Source of the DNA: Eledone cirrhosa
Taxonomy: Eukaryota
Direction of reading: 5' to 3'
Assembly: GCA_964016885.1 (NCBI GenBank)
Contig: OZ024741.1
Coordinates: 108,996,001-109,060,000, forward strand
DNA length: 64,000 nucleotides
The notes beneath the pieces are model-generated. The model worked only from the letters and a program-made list of their open reading frames with translations, did not search any database and was not told the DNA's origin. A program made the position numbers and the translations under genes. Below, piece by piece: positions 26,430-37,830 of the stretch; the stretch's first letter is position 1, and every line of letters starts with the position of its first letter.

Positions 26430-27160
26430 ATAATGATTATATCATCTTGGCAGATGGTGGCCGTTTCACCGTCAACACTCTCTCATGTGCAACGAGGTAT
26501 CTTTTCAATCCACCAATAAAAGTTAGGTCCAAGATCGTACATCCAGTCTCTGAAAACACTCCAAAATGGTGCATGTCAGCACAGATGACTAGGGAACCAT
26601 TGTTGCTCCCACCTATACTACATTTCCTAAGTTGACGAAACTACGGAAGTGGCGGTATTTCATTGGGGAAAATGCGTGTACTCTACATTAGCTGTAGCAA
26701 TAAACCCAATATCTATACGATGTCAAAAACCAGAGACCTGGACTGCATTGGCTGTGAAAATAAAATAATCGATGACAATATGGAAGGAAGAAGCCTGCAT
26801 ATTATGTGTTATAGTGGCAAGCATTTGAACACGTTTGACGCTCTCTAAATGTCAGTGGCTATTATCTGTTAAGAAGCATAAGCAAGTAACCAGGCTCATC
26901 ACTTAGTCATAATATATGAATATTTAAATTCTACATCGATACTGAATTTTCGTTCTTACGCCCGTCAATAGTTCACGTAATCTGAGGTCTTGAATAATCG
27001 CCCCCCCCCCCCCTCACGCTTATTAAATTTTCAGATATTCTTCACACCCCCCTCCCTGTTTTTATTTCAACCCCACTCGCTTATTAAATTTTGCTAATCT
27101 ATCTCCGGCAAAATGTTATTGTAAGTGATTCATATTGATACAGCAGCTGTAGAATCTAAT

Positions 27161-27340
27161 AATGGTTTCTTATATAGGCAGAAGCCCAGCAAATTTGGGT
27201 GAGGGGAAAGTCGATTAAATCGACCCCGTAAGGATGAAAGGCAAAGTTAACCTCGGCGCGATTTGAACTGAGATCATAAAGGGCCGTAACTCTATGCTGC
27301 AAAGCATGGTATCTGACGCTTTACCGATACTGCCAATCCA
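27161..27340 (-). mobile_element. tRNA-derived SINE (related to 5457, partly deleted)
   Basis: Shared head and body; tail cttctgcctatataagaaaccattatta. Confidence 0.8.
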
Positions 27341-28256
27341 CTTTCATTTTACATTTAAAAAAAAAAAACATTATATATGACAAAAAAAAGAATACTAGCA
27401 ATTGACAATTGGTGATATGTGGAGAAAAAGTTATGACATGACAAAAACATTTACTGTGAAAGTTAACCTAATATATTACAGTGTTATTATCAAATATCAA
27501 CCAAGATATAAAAAAGAACTTCGATATGCGATAAACATAACCAGTACATAAATTGTAGTCCATATGCAACTAGATATGTGTTTTGGTAGTTCAGGGAGAA
27601 AAATATAACTATGCCCCTGATATGTATATATATATATAGGTGAGTACGTTGAATTAAATCTCTATACTTGAACTCCTGAATACAGTTTAATGTAGCATTG
27701 ATAGCATTGATTAAGAAGTCAAATACAAATATATCAAAATATAACTCTGGTCGGTGGAGATAGCGTCCATGAATGTTATTAATTTTTCAAAGAAAGAAAT
27801 ATCAGAATATACCACGGAGTCACATTACTATTGTTAACAATTATTCTTCTATCACATAGTGGTTTATAACATATGGAATATATGAAAATAACACAATATG
27901 GATACAATATAGTTTATGGTGTGCATAAGATATTTTTATATACTAACAATTACATTCAATTTATCTGCTGTATACTCTTCATCTCATTCTTTTTTTTGTC
28001 TCTGTCTCTGTCTCTATATGTATAAATATGTGTGTGTGTGTGGATGAATGTGTGCGTGTATGTTTTGTATATATATATATGTGTGTGTGTGTGTGTCTAC
28101 GAAAAGAAAATTGAAACACAGTACAATGAAGAAATATATTAGTTTAACGTTTTATATAGTAAGAAAAGAGACTTTGCGTTTCACTCATTAGTCTGTCACC
28201 AGAAGATAGAATGAAAGATGAAAGACGAGTTATATTGATTGATATTAAAAGAGAAA

Positions 28257-28376
28257 AAACGGAAAAATGTGTTTAGTACAAGAGCCGTATGTGTTCAGCT
28301 ATTTGGGGATATATATATATATATATATCCCCAAATAGCTGAACACATACGGCTCTTGTACTAAACACATTTTTCC

Positions 28377-28380
<4 letters not shown>
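28257..28380. repeat. Perfect palindrome: 52-bp arms around a central (AT)10, followed by a second (AT)n run
   Basis: Direct reading; arms are exact reverse complements. Confidence 0.95.
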
Positions 28381-28458
<78 letters not shown>

Positions 28459-28460
<2 letters not shown>

Positions 28461-28647
28461 CGAAGGAAGTGTGGTAAGGAACCAGGTAGATCATAACGCA
28501 CCAGAGTACTCAATACTTAGGGTAATAGAGTGGGTAATAGGAAAATGTTCAAGACCACGGCGGCAGAACTCAAGCCGTTTCGACGGCTATTTCTGGACCC
28601 AGCCGTCGAAACGGCTTGAGCTCTGCCGTCGGGGTCTTGAAGATTTT

Positions 28648-28650
<3 letters not shown>
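28459..28650. mobile_element. PLE-like remnant, family E, tail-out (long tail left, short tail right)
   Basis: 28459-28597 matches the reverse complement of 3822-3956; 28600-28650 is a plus-strand copy of the HHR 3' half; (TA)n on both sides. Confidence 0.7.
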
Positions 28651-28714
<64 letters not shown>

Positions 28715-28719
<5 letters not shown>

Positions 28720-28841
28720 TTAGTTAAGCAAAACAAGACCACAAATTTCACAAGGAAGACATTATTAAAAGATTGTCAACATATTTTAGCTTGATGTAAG
28801 GAATGTAGAGAATAATAATAATAATATCAATAATAATAATG
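28715..28841. repeat. Inverted repeat arm (~125 bp) pairing with 30060-30185
   Basis: Reverse-complement match with about two mismatches; the arms flank the R4/Dong insertion. Confidence 0.9.
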
Positions 28842-28868
28842 TGTTTTATTATTATTATTGTTGTTATT

Positions 28869-30059
28869 CCTTGAATCTCAGTCATTGATGTTGGTTAACT
28901 GGAAAGTCCGTTGGAATGAATATCAAGCCACTACCTGCAGACTCAGATATTCAGGACGTATCGGAGGGTTCTTGCTATTCCAAGCAAGCATGCCTTTTGA
29001 AGCGTTCCAAAAGCGTGAAGGGGCCGATTTTCTTTAACCATCCCTGGAAACTTTTGGAGATAGTCCCCAGTGCGCCTATGACAATCGGGATCACTTTGAC
29101 TTCATGGCAGTTCCAAATCCTTTTCACCTCCCACTTTAGGTCCTGGTATCGGTTAATTTTCTCCCTCTCCTTCTCTTGCACTCTCGTGTCGAAAGGGCAG
29201 GCCACATCCACAATCAGACACGATATTTTTTCTTTGTCCACAACCACCAGGTCAGGTCTATTGTGTTCCAGTTTTTTGTCCGTCTGTATCCTAAAATCCC
29301 ACAGCACCTTCACCTGATTGTTCTCCATCACCGCCTCTGGCCTATGCTCATACCATTTCTCAGAATGTGGTAAATTGTTTACTTTGCACAGGTGCCAGTG
29401 GATCACCTGCCCATCACATCGTGTCTCCAGCCCTTATAGTGGGTCTGGGCTAGGTGTTTACACTCGGACACAATGTGAGCCACAGTCTCCTCTCTCTCTC
29501 CACAGATCCTGCACAGTGGGCTATCCTCCTCCTTGTAAATATGGTGCTTCAACCACTTCGTTTTGAGGGCCTGCTCCTGCGCAGCCATTAGCATTCCTTC
29601 TGTAGCCTTTTTGAGGTTTCCTCTTCTCAACCAGTTCCATGTCTGTGGATCTCTAAATTCAGTTTTCTCAAAGAAGGTACTATGAAGGGATTTTCCCTTA
29701 AGGCTGCTCTTCCTCCTTGATGTTATTTCCTCCTTGGATATCCCCTGGCCCACTGTCCCCTCCTTCAGTACAGTTCTGAGCATTGGCTCCTTACTATAGG
29801 TCACGTATTTGTATAGGTTGTTTTTCTCCATCTGAACACAGTCCTCTATGCTGATAAGACCTCTTCCACCCTCAGATCTCCTTAGGTAGAGTCTATCGAC
29901 ATCACTCCTCTTGTGGAACATGTTGTAGATAGTCAATAGCTTCCTAGTCTTCCTATCCATTTCTTTTTGTTCAGCAACATTCCATCTCAGAATTCCCGCA
30001 CTGTACCTAATAATAGACACAGCTCGGGAATTTACTGCGCTTATGGCATTTCTGCTGTT
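28869..30059 (-). mobile_element. 5'-truncated R4/Dong-clade RLE LINE, family D1
   Basis: GGRGL, CRICG..ETVAHIVSEC, RHD, WDFRIQTD, RPDLV, EKINRYQDL; (TAA)n tail; frameshifts. Confidence 0.9.
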
Positions 30060-30361
30060 TTATTATTATTGATATTATTATTATTATTCTCTACATTCCT
30101 TACATCAAGCTAAAATATGGTGACAATATTTTAATAATGTCTTCCTTGTGAAATTTGTGGTCTTGTTTTGCTTAACTAATGAATATTTCCAGCTCTGTGC
30201 ACCTAACCTCTGCATGAACCCAGCCACCTAGCTACTTTCCACTGCATATTGCACATTGAGCACATGCCTTTACGCTTTGGCTTCTAACTAATTCACCAAT
30301 CTCTCCCCTCCTATCTCCTCTCCTATCTCCATCTCTCTCTTTAAGATCGGTTACTCTTGAA

Positions 30362-30396
<35 letters not shown>

Positions 30397-30580
30397 ATAC
30401 AATAACAGAGATAGTTTAAAGCTAAACTCTGACTGGTAAACATCTCACTCAACAAACATTAGTTTATATTTAAATACAAACCCAATTTAAGTGTTTGGGG
30501 GTGCTTTACAATATGTATAATGTGGAAAAACCAGTTGTATTATTTTATGAGATATAATTAATGTTAAAGTATATCTCTCT

Positions 30581-30705
30581 TTCCAAACAATTGTTTCATT
30601 ATAAGTTTTCTACAAGTTGGGAGAATATTTCCAGTTTATGTAGAAGCCTAATGTATAGTCATGTAAGAGTATGTTTAGGCGGGTGCTTATAAATCATCAG
30701 TGGAA
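30581..30705 (-). ncRNA. Type I hammerhead with branched 96-nt stem II
   Basis: TTCCA-CTGATGA-t TTATAAG[hairpins gcctaa/ttaggc and ttctaca/tgtagaa]CTTATAA t-GAA-ACAATTGT-T-TGGAA; ~190-nt tail runs to (TA)n at 30393. Confidence 0.8.
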
Positions 30706-31065
30706 GCCCGTTAAACTTTGATATAAGAAAGTAATTCTTACCGCAGTCAAAAATCGTGTCTGTTAAGTTGCTCTTTCTCGCCTCGAATGACCGCCAAATT
30801 TGAAATTCCAGCAGTTTTTGACTGAGGAAGTATCATAGCGACACGAAGCGGGAAGGGGAGATAACTACGATCCACGAAAGGAAAAAAATAATAATATACA
30901 CGCGGGTTAATTAGTTTTTTCGAAAACATTATCAATCCAACGTGTTAAGAACTCAATTGAAAATAAAAAAATAAATATATGCGTGTATAAATTACACACG
31001 CATATAGATATTTTCTTAGCCTAAATCAGAAGTTGTACCCGAATAATATATATATATATATATAT

Positions 31066-31228
31066 ATTAATAATAATAAATGTGAAGACTAAAATCCGAA
31101 GAGGGCTCAATAAGGATAATATATATATAAAATATATAAAACCGTAGAGCAAATATTTATTAAAATAACAGATTAAAGTTTAAGCAAAGAATCGATGCTT
31201 TTTTCACCCTTAACGGGATCTTCTGAAA
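31066..31228 (-). mobile_element. PLE-like remnant, family C, uninverted (HHR-like motif plus full tail)
   Basis: Colinear reference for the pieces seen at 313, 2845 and 20141. Confidence 0.7.
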
Positions 31229-31306
31229 GGTCAGTCAGATCTGTATATTAGCAGATCCACTGATCAGCCATATTTGTATATCAGCAGATATAATCGAATA
31301 TTATTA

Positions 31307-31409
31307 GGTTAACTTTGCCTTTCATCCTTACGGGGTCGATAAAATAAAGTACCAGTAATGCACTGGGATAATTGCTGGCCTTGTGCCAAAAGTAGAAATA
31401 ATTATTATT
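31307..31409 (+). mobile_element. 5'-truncated SINE with (ATT)n tail
   Basis: Matches 5545-5637; preceded by tattatta. Confidence 0.85.
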
Positions 31410-31875
31410 AATATTCGAAAAACTCAGATTACATTTATTGTATTCAGCCATGTAGAACAATAACTTTTTATTAGTTATTTGAATATGGTGAAGCCGGCCA
31501 TTAATCGCTCGTATACATGAAACTGACTGGACTATCTTCCTATATGCAAATCTGGCTGATCAGTGGATCTGCTAGTATGCAGATATGATGGATCAGCCAG
31601 TCTGCGAATTTGCAAATCAGGCCGATCAGTCACTGTATATTTTAGAAAATATCATATATTTTCACTAGCTCTGACAGTTGGCAGGTGAACAGTGATCTGT
31701 ACTGATGAAGGGTAATCACCCAGAAACATTAGTGTCTGCAGTTCTGTTTACATGCCAACACAAAAGCAAGAATGAGGGGCTCATTATACTGACATGGCTT
31801 TAAAAAGAAGTTTGTTTGTATAATTGCAAACGAGTCAAATATTATTATCATTAATTTTCGAAAAACTCAGATTAC

Positions 31876-31880
<5 letters not shown>
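31401..31880 (+). mobile_element. Non-coding ~440-nt HHR unit with ~35-nt terminal direct repeat (retrozyme-like)
   Basis: ttcgaaaaactcagattacattta at about 31414-31437 and 31857-31880; HHR inside; ends in (TA)n; a diverged inverted piece lies at about 31235-31290. Confidence 0.55.
31688..31748 (+). ncRNA. Type I hammerhead ribozyme, canonical core, GUC site
   Basis: AACAG tgat CTGTA-CTGATGA-a GGGT aatc ACCC a-GAA-ACA ttag TGT-C-TGCAG tt CTGTT. Confidence 0.9.
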
Positions 31881-31951
<71 letters not shown>

Positions 31952-31990
31952 GTAATAACCGAAAGATATATACTTTAGATCATTTCTATT

Positions 31991-32068
31991 TATTTTATTA
32001 TAATTATTTCGAAGATGCAAAGTTTTATGTATAACATAAACCAAAACATGTCCTCTTCAGACAAAATA
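31991..32068 (-). ncRNA. Type I hammerhead with ~43-nt stem II
   Basis: TATTTTGT-CTGAAGA-g...c-GAA-ATAATTAT-A-ATAAAATA; palindromic stem III, AUA site; short tail to (TA)n near 31947. Confidence 0.7.
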
Positions 32069-32108
32069 CATATGAGATGTATATATTTATTTATTTAATG
32101 TTGAAATG

Positions 32109-32177
32109 GCTTCTACAGGACTAGAAATGTTTCATTAGGGAGAAATCTTGATGAAACAGTTCTAGTCCTGTAGAAGC
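32109..32177. repeat. 69-nt fold-back containing a hammerhead 3' half (GAAAC...GTC) on both strands
   Basis: gcttctacaggactagaa...ttctagtcctgtagaagc; abuts the 5' end of a truncated Tx1. Confidence 0.8.
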
Positions 32178-32816
32178 GTACTGCACGCACTCGTCCAGTG
32201 TCCGAGCATTGCTGACTTGTGGGTTTATGTCGAACACCTGCTGTCACGTGTAGGACGGATCCAACTATCAGCTGAGTCCATCGTGAGGATTGCCCCGCTC
32301 ACTTCCTTTAGCAGGGAAGAGAAGGCAGTTTTTATCTGTCTGATGGCCATGGCGAAAGAGATAGTATGGTGGACACGTTTGAAAGGGCTGAAGACGAGCA
32401 CTTACCTCTTCGGTGATGCCCTGAATAACTTTTTCAAATTTCATTTGAAAAGGAAAATCAGGGTAGAGAGGGAAGTGCTCTCTTCCCAGCATTTTGTTGA
32501 AAGATGGGTGAGAGAAGCAAGTATGGCCCGAGTGAATGGGCCTACTCTGAGTATGTGTCTGTAAATTAAAGGTGGAAAACTGGGAGAGGGCATTTGCCCT
32601 CGTGGTCAGGGTCACTGTGGCCTTTTAATGGGCTTTCTCCACAAATGTCCCTCGGAAGTCTCACCCCTATTGGGGAATTTTTCATTGTTATTTTTTTGTT
32701 ACATCCTCTGTTTTTGTTTTTTTACACGCAGAAATGCCCATTTGTACCGTCCTGTATTGTCCTGTACTGTCCTAAATGTCTACTTTATGTAAACGCTAGT
32801 GGTGAATAAAGAAAGC
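32177..32816 (+). mobile_element. 5'-truncated Tx1/L1-clade LINE (copy 0) with (ATT)n tail
   Basis: ORF2 C-terminus and 3'UTR match 48525-49162. Confidence 0.92.
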
Positions 32817-32836
32817 ATTATTATTATTATTATTAT

Positions 32837-34020
32837 AGTTGCATTTATCTTGCTTTATGTTCATACGAGTTATCACCAAGTCACAACCAGTGACCTCAAG
32901 AGACAACAAGGTCCGCCATGTTCAAGGAAGAACATACATACTCACACATGCATCTTTAGTATTTAGACTTGTGATGTACTTATATTGACAGAATCTTCCT
33001 TAGTATATGGCAGTTACCATTAGTACTATCTTTTGTATTTCTCCTATACGCGGGTTTCCTGGGATTTGCGATAAGTAATCATTAGACCCCTTAGGTATCA
33101 TTCCCAGAGCGCCTACAACCACTGGTATTGTTTTAGTTCTCAATTTCCACATTTTTCCAATTTCTATCTCTAGGTCCTTATACTTGCTCAATTTTTCAAA
33201 TGTTTTTATAGATACATTCTTGTCTATTGGAACAGACATATCAATTAGCAGGCATACCCTCTTTTTAAAGTCCTTCAATATTATATCAGGTCAATTTGCA
33301 TCTATTTTTCGGTCTGTTTGAATGCTAAAGTTCCACAAGATTGAGATGTGATCTTTTTCAAGTATGGGAGGTGGTTGATGCTCCCACCAATTCTTTTGAT
33401 GGGGCAGGTCAAAATGCTTACACATTATCCAATGTATGTATTGTGCAGCTCTGTCATGCCTGTTTAGGTATTCGGTTGGAGCTATAGGACTGCACATTGA
33501 AATTATATGGTCAATGGTCTCTGGTTGTTTTTTGCATACACGGCATAATGGGCTGCATCCATTTTTTATTATGTAGATAATCCAATTGTCGCAGTTTTCA
33601 ACGCAATGTCTAACTGGATTAACCCACGTCCTCCTTCTTTCCTTGGGAGATATATTCTATCTGTATCTTCCTTAGGGTGATGCATTCTGTGCATGGTTAA
33701 GAATTTTCTAATTTTTGTATGGAGCCTACGGATCTCTGTTCTTGACCAGTTGATGACATTGTAACTGTAGGTTACTACTGGTATGGCAAGCGTGTTTATG
33801 GCATCGATCCTATTCCTTGCATTCAATTCCGTTCTTAAGATTGCTCTTACTCTGCGGTAACATTCCTTCCTTATCCTTTCCCTCATTGTCGAGTGCTTGA
33901 TTCTGTCTCCTTCACAAACACCTAGATATTTGTAAGTTTTTTCTTGATCAAGTTCTCTTATCACGTTCCCCCGATCAAGATTAATGTCTGAACTCTTCAG
34001 CAGCTTTCCTCTGGTGAAGA
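32837..34020 (-). mobile_element. 5'-truncated, internally deleted R4/Dong-clade LINE, family D2
   Basis: YKYLGV, GGRGL, RHD, EKLSKYKDL; near-identical to 62820-64000 but lacks ~385 bp at a tatgt microhomology near 33570. Confidence 0.9.
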
Positions 34021-37000
34021 AGAAAGAAAGGGACCAGAACCAACTGGACGAATGAATTGAATAGAACTGTTATGCAATGTTACCTGAAGAGTAACCCCAA
34101 GAGTAAGCCTATAGGAAACGCATGCATAACATCTGGAACGAGATTGGTGTATTTAAATTAGATGAACAAAAATTGGCCGGGCAGGCTCGGGTAATAAGAA
34201 CTAATGGGTGGATAAGCGAGCTGGAACTGGAGGAACTGAGCAGAGAGATTAGGTTGGAAATGGAGAGTGGAGTATGCCAGGCAAACGAGCCAGTGGTAAA
34301 TGAAGGTGAAGAGGTTGAGAGAACGGAGGAACCATCCGAAGCAGACAATGATCTGAATGCTGAAATAAATAATACCTGGAACAAAGATACAGCCATTGAG
34401 GAGATGAATGCTGACGGGCGAGGACAAGTTTTGGTTGATATCCTAAACTTAGTGGTAGATGAAATGAACAATTATAGTGGGAAACCTATGAACCTAAGAT
34501 TTGTAGACAGGAAAAAGTTAAAAGAAACAACAGCTAAGGTAAACAAAGTCATCCCATACCTTGAGGCGAGGAGCCTTCACCAGTGCCACAAATTCCTCAA
34601 AGCAACAGCAAATGCCGCGAGGAAATTACTTGGTGGAAGAAACGACTGAATGGTCAAATCAGGGAAATGAGAAATGACATTGGAAAGCTTGAGTCCCTAC
34701 TGAATGGGACATTAAAAAACATAGACACTAAAAATAGACTGGAAATAAAGTACAAAACTAGGAGGAAAAAGCTAAATATTATTATAGAGGAACTGAAGCA
34801 ACGCATTGTAGCAAAGAGTGCAAAAATTAGGCGATACGAGAGCAGAGTCAGTCAGTATAGACAGAACCGCATGTTTGACAACAACCAGAAGATGCTGTTT
34901 GGACAGCTTGAAGGGAAAGAAAGAGGCAACGACTTGATCCCTGAGGCGGAACAAACTAAGACATTCTGGAGAGGAATATGGGAGCAGGATGTTAAACATA
35001 ATGACCAGGCAGTGTGGATTGAGACAGTACAAAAAGAGATTAGTGAACAGTCACACCAACAAACTGATGTGAGTATCACAGTTGAAACTCTTAAGGGGCA
35101 GGCCAAAAAACTAACCAACTGGAAATCACCAGGCCCAGATGGTGTGCAGGGGTATTGGATTAAAAATATAACATCCCTCCACCCGAAACTGACAACCATG
35201 TTCAATGACTGCTTGATGTCAGGTGAGGTACCAGAGTGGTTGACAAAAGGTACCACAGTTCTGGTAATGAAAGACCGAATCAAGGGTAATGATGTTACCA
35301 ACTATAGACCTATCACATGTCTGTCCGTAATGTGGAAACTGTTGACAAGCATTGTGTCTGAGGAAATCTACCATCACCTCCACAAAAACAACTTGTTACC
35401 GGACGAACAGAAGGGATGCCGAAAGAAGTCCCGTGGTACAAAGGACCAGTTACTTATTGATAAGATGGTAATGAGGAATTGCAAGAGGAGACACACTGGT
35501 CTTGCCATGGGATGGATAGACTACAAAAAGGCATTTTACATGGTGCCTCATTCTTGGATCACCAAAAGCCTAGAGATCTTCAAGGTGGCAGATACCATCA
35601 GACAGTTGTTGGGCAAAATATGAAGTCCTGGAAAACAGAATTAACATCAGCTGGAGAATCCTTGGGAGGTGTGAAGATCAAGAGAGGTATCTTCCAGGGA
35701 GATAGTCTGTCCCCTCTGTTGTTTGTCCTTGCCCTGACCATTATGCGAAAAGTGAGAGCAGGATACAAGTTGGGAAAGGGAGAGCTTACCATCAATCACC
35801 TCCTCTTCATGGACGATCTTAAGCTTTTCGGGAAGAGTGAGAAGGAGTTGGATGTGCTTGTCGACACTGTCCGTATTTTCAGCAATGATATATGTATGCA
35901 ATTTGGTATTAGTAAGTGTGGAGTCCTTGTGATGAAGAGGGGTAAATTGAGCAGAAGCAACGGAATCCAGGTACCAACAGGTGAGATGTTAAAGGAAATT
36001 GACACTGAAGAAGGATACAAGTATTTGGGTGTTCTGGAGGCTGATGACATCAAGAACAAAAAAATGAAGGAATTGATAAGAAATGAATACATTCGGAGAG
36101 TAAGGAGCGTATTAAAGTCACATCTGAACAGTAGGAATGCCATAAGTGCAGTAAATTCCCGAGCTGTGTCTATTATTAGGTACAGTGCGGGAATTCTGAG
36201 ATGGAATGTTGCTGAACAAAAAGAAATGGATAGGAAGTCTAGGAAGCTATTGACTATCTACAACATGTTCCACAAGAGGAGTGATGTCGATAGACTCTAC
36301 TTAAGGAGATCTGAAGGTGGAAGAGGTCTTATCAGCATAGAGGACAGTGTTCAGATGGAGAAAAACAACCTACACAAATACGTGACTGATAGTAAGGAGC
36401 CAATGCTCAGAACTGTACTGAAGGAGATGACAATAGACCAGGGGATGTCCAAGGAGGAAATGACAACAAGGAGAAAGAGCAGCCTTCATGAAAAATCCCT
36501 TCATAGTACCTTCTTTGAGAAAACTGAATTCAGAGATCCACAGACATGGAACTGGTTGAAAAGAGGAGACCTTAAAAAGGCTACAGAAGGAATGTTAATG
36601 ACTGCGCAAGAGCAGGCCCTCAAAACGAAGTGGTTGAAACACCATATTTACAAGGAGGAGGCTAGCCCACTGTGCAGGATCTGTGGAGAGAGAGATGAGA
36701 CTGTGGCTCACATTGTATCCGAGTGTAAACACCTAGCCCAGACTCACTATAAGAGCTGGAGACAGGATGTGATGGGCAGGGTGACTGGCACCTATGCAAA
36801 GTAAACAATTTACCACATTCTGTGAAGTGGTATGAGCATAAGCCAGAGTCCGTGATAGAAAACGATCAAGTGAAGATGCTGTGGGATTTTAGGATACAGA
36901 CGGACAAGAAACTGGAGCACAATAGACCTGACCTGGTGGTTTTGGACAAAGAAAATAGATCGTGTCTGATTGTGGATGTGACCTGCCCATTCGACACGAG

Positions 37001-37320
37001 AGTGCAAGAGGAGGAGAGGGAGAAAATTAACCGATACCAGGACTTAAAGTGGGAGGTAAAAAGGATTTGGAACTGCCATGAAGTCAAAGTGATCCCGATT
37101 GTCTTAGGCGCACTAGGGACTATCTCAAAAGGTTTCCAGGGATGGTTAAAGAAAATTGGCCCCGCCACGCTTTTTGGAACGCTTCAAAAGGCATGGTTGC
37201 TGGGAACAGCAAGAACCCTCCGATACGTCCTGAATATCTGAGGCTACAGGTAGTGGCTTGATATTCATTTCAACAAACTTTCCAGTTAACTAACATCAAT
37301 GACTGAGACTCAAAGAACAA
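34013..37320 (+). mobile_element. Near full-length R4/Dong-clade RLE LINE, family D1 (frameshifted ORF about 34020-37241)
   Basis: N-terminal YRKRMHNIW domain; RT KSPGPDG, NYRPITCL, DYKKAF, GIFQGDSLSP, FMDD; CCHC knuckle; PD-(D/E)xK nuclease RPDLV..D..EK; (TAA)n tail. Confidence 0.93.
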
Positions 37321-37351
37321 TAATAATAATAATAATAATAAAAATAATAAT

Positions 37352-37768
37352 CGGACAAGAAACTGGAACACAATAGACCTGACCTGGTGGTTTTGGACAA
37401 AGAAAAAAGATCGTGCCTGATTGTGGATGTGGTCTGCCCATTCGACACGAGAGTGCAAGAGAAGGAGAGGGAGAAAATTAACCGATACCAGGACTTAAAG
37501 TGGGAGGTAAAAAGGATTTGGAACTGCCATGAAGTCAAAGTGATCCCGATTGTCATAGGCGCACTAGGGACTATCTCAAAAAGTTTCCAGGGATGGTTAA
37601 GGAAAATTGGCCCCTTCACGCTTTTAGGAACGCTTCAAAAGGCATGCTTGCTGGGAAGAGCAAGAACCCTCCGATACGTCCTGAATATCTGAGGCTGCAG
37701 GTAGTGGCTTGATATTCATTTCAACAAACTTTCCAGTTAACTAACATCAATGACTGAGATTCAAAGTG
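37352..37768 (+). mobile_element. Short 5'-truncated D1 copy inserted in the (TAA)n tail of the previous copy
   Basis: Duplicates 36901-37320 with several substitutions; TAA runs on both sides. Confidence 0.92.
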
Positions 37769-37779
37769 TAATAACAATG

Positions 37780-37829
<50 letters not shown>

Positions 37830-37830
<1 letters not shown>

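Noticed and set aside
26985-27095. C-rich segment with direct repeat cgcttattaaatttt, possible DNA transposon end
   Set aside because: No partner TIR or TSD found.
28165-28210. Possible degenerate hammerhead on the minus strand
   Set aside because: Core and stems cannot be assembled consistently.
32177-34020. Segmental duplication with 62110-64000 (Tx1 end + ATT + D2 end)
   Set aside because: The Tx1 parts belong to different subfamilies, so these are independent juxtapositions.
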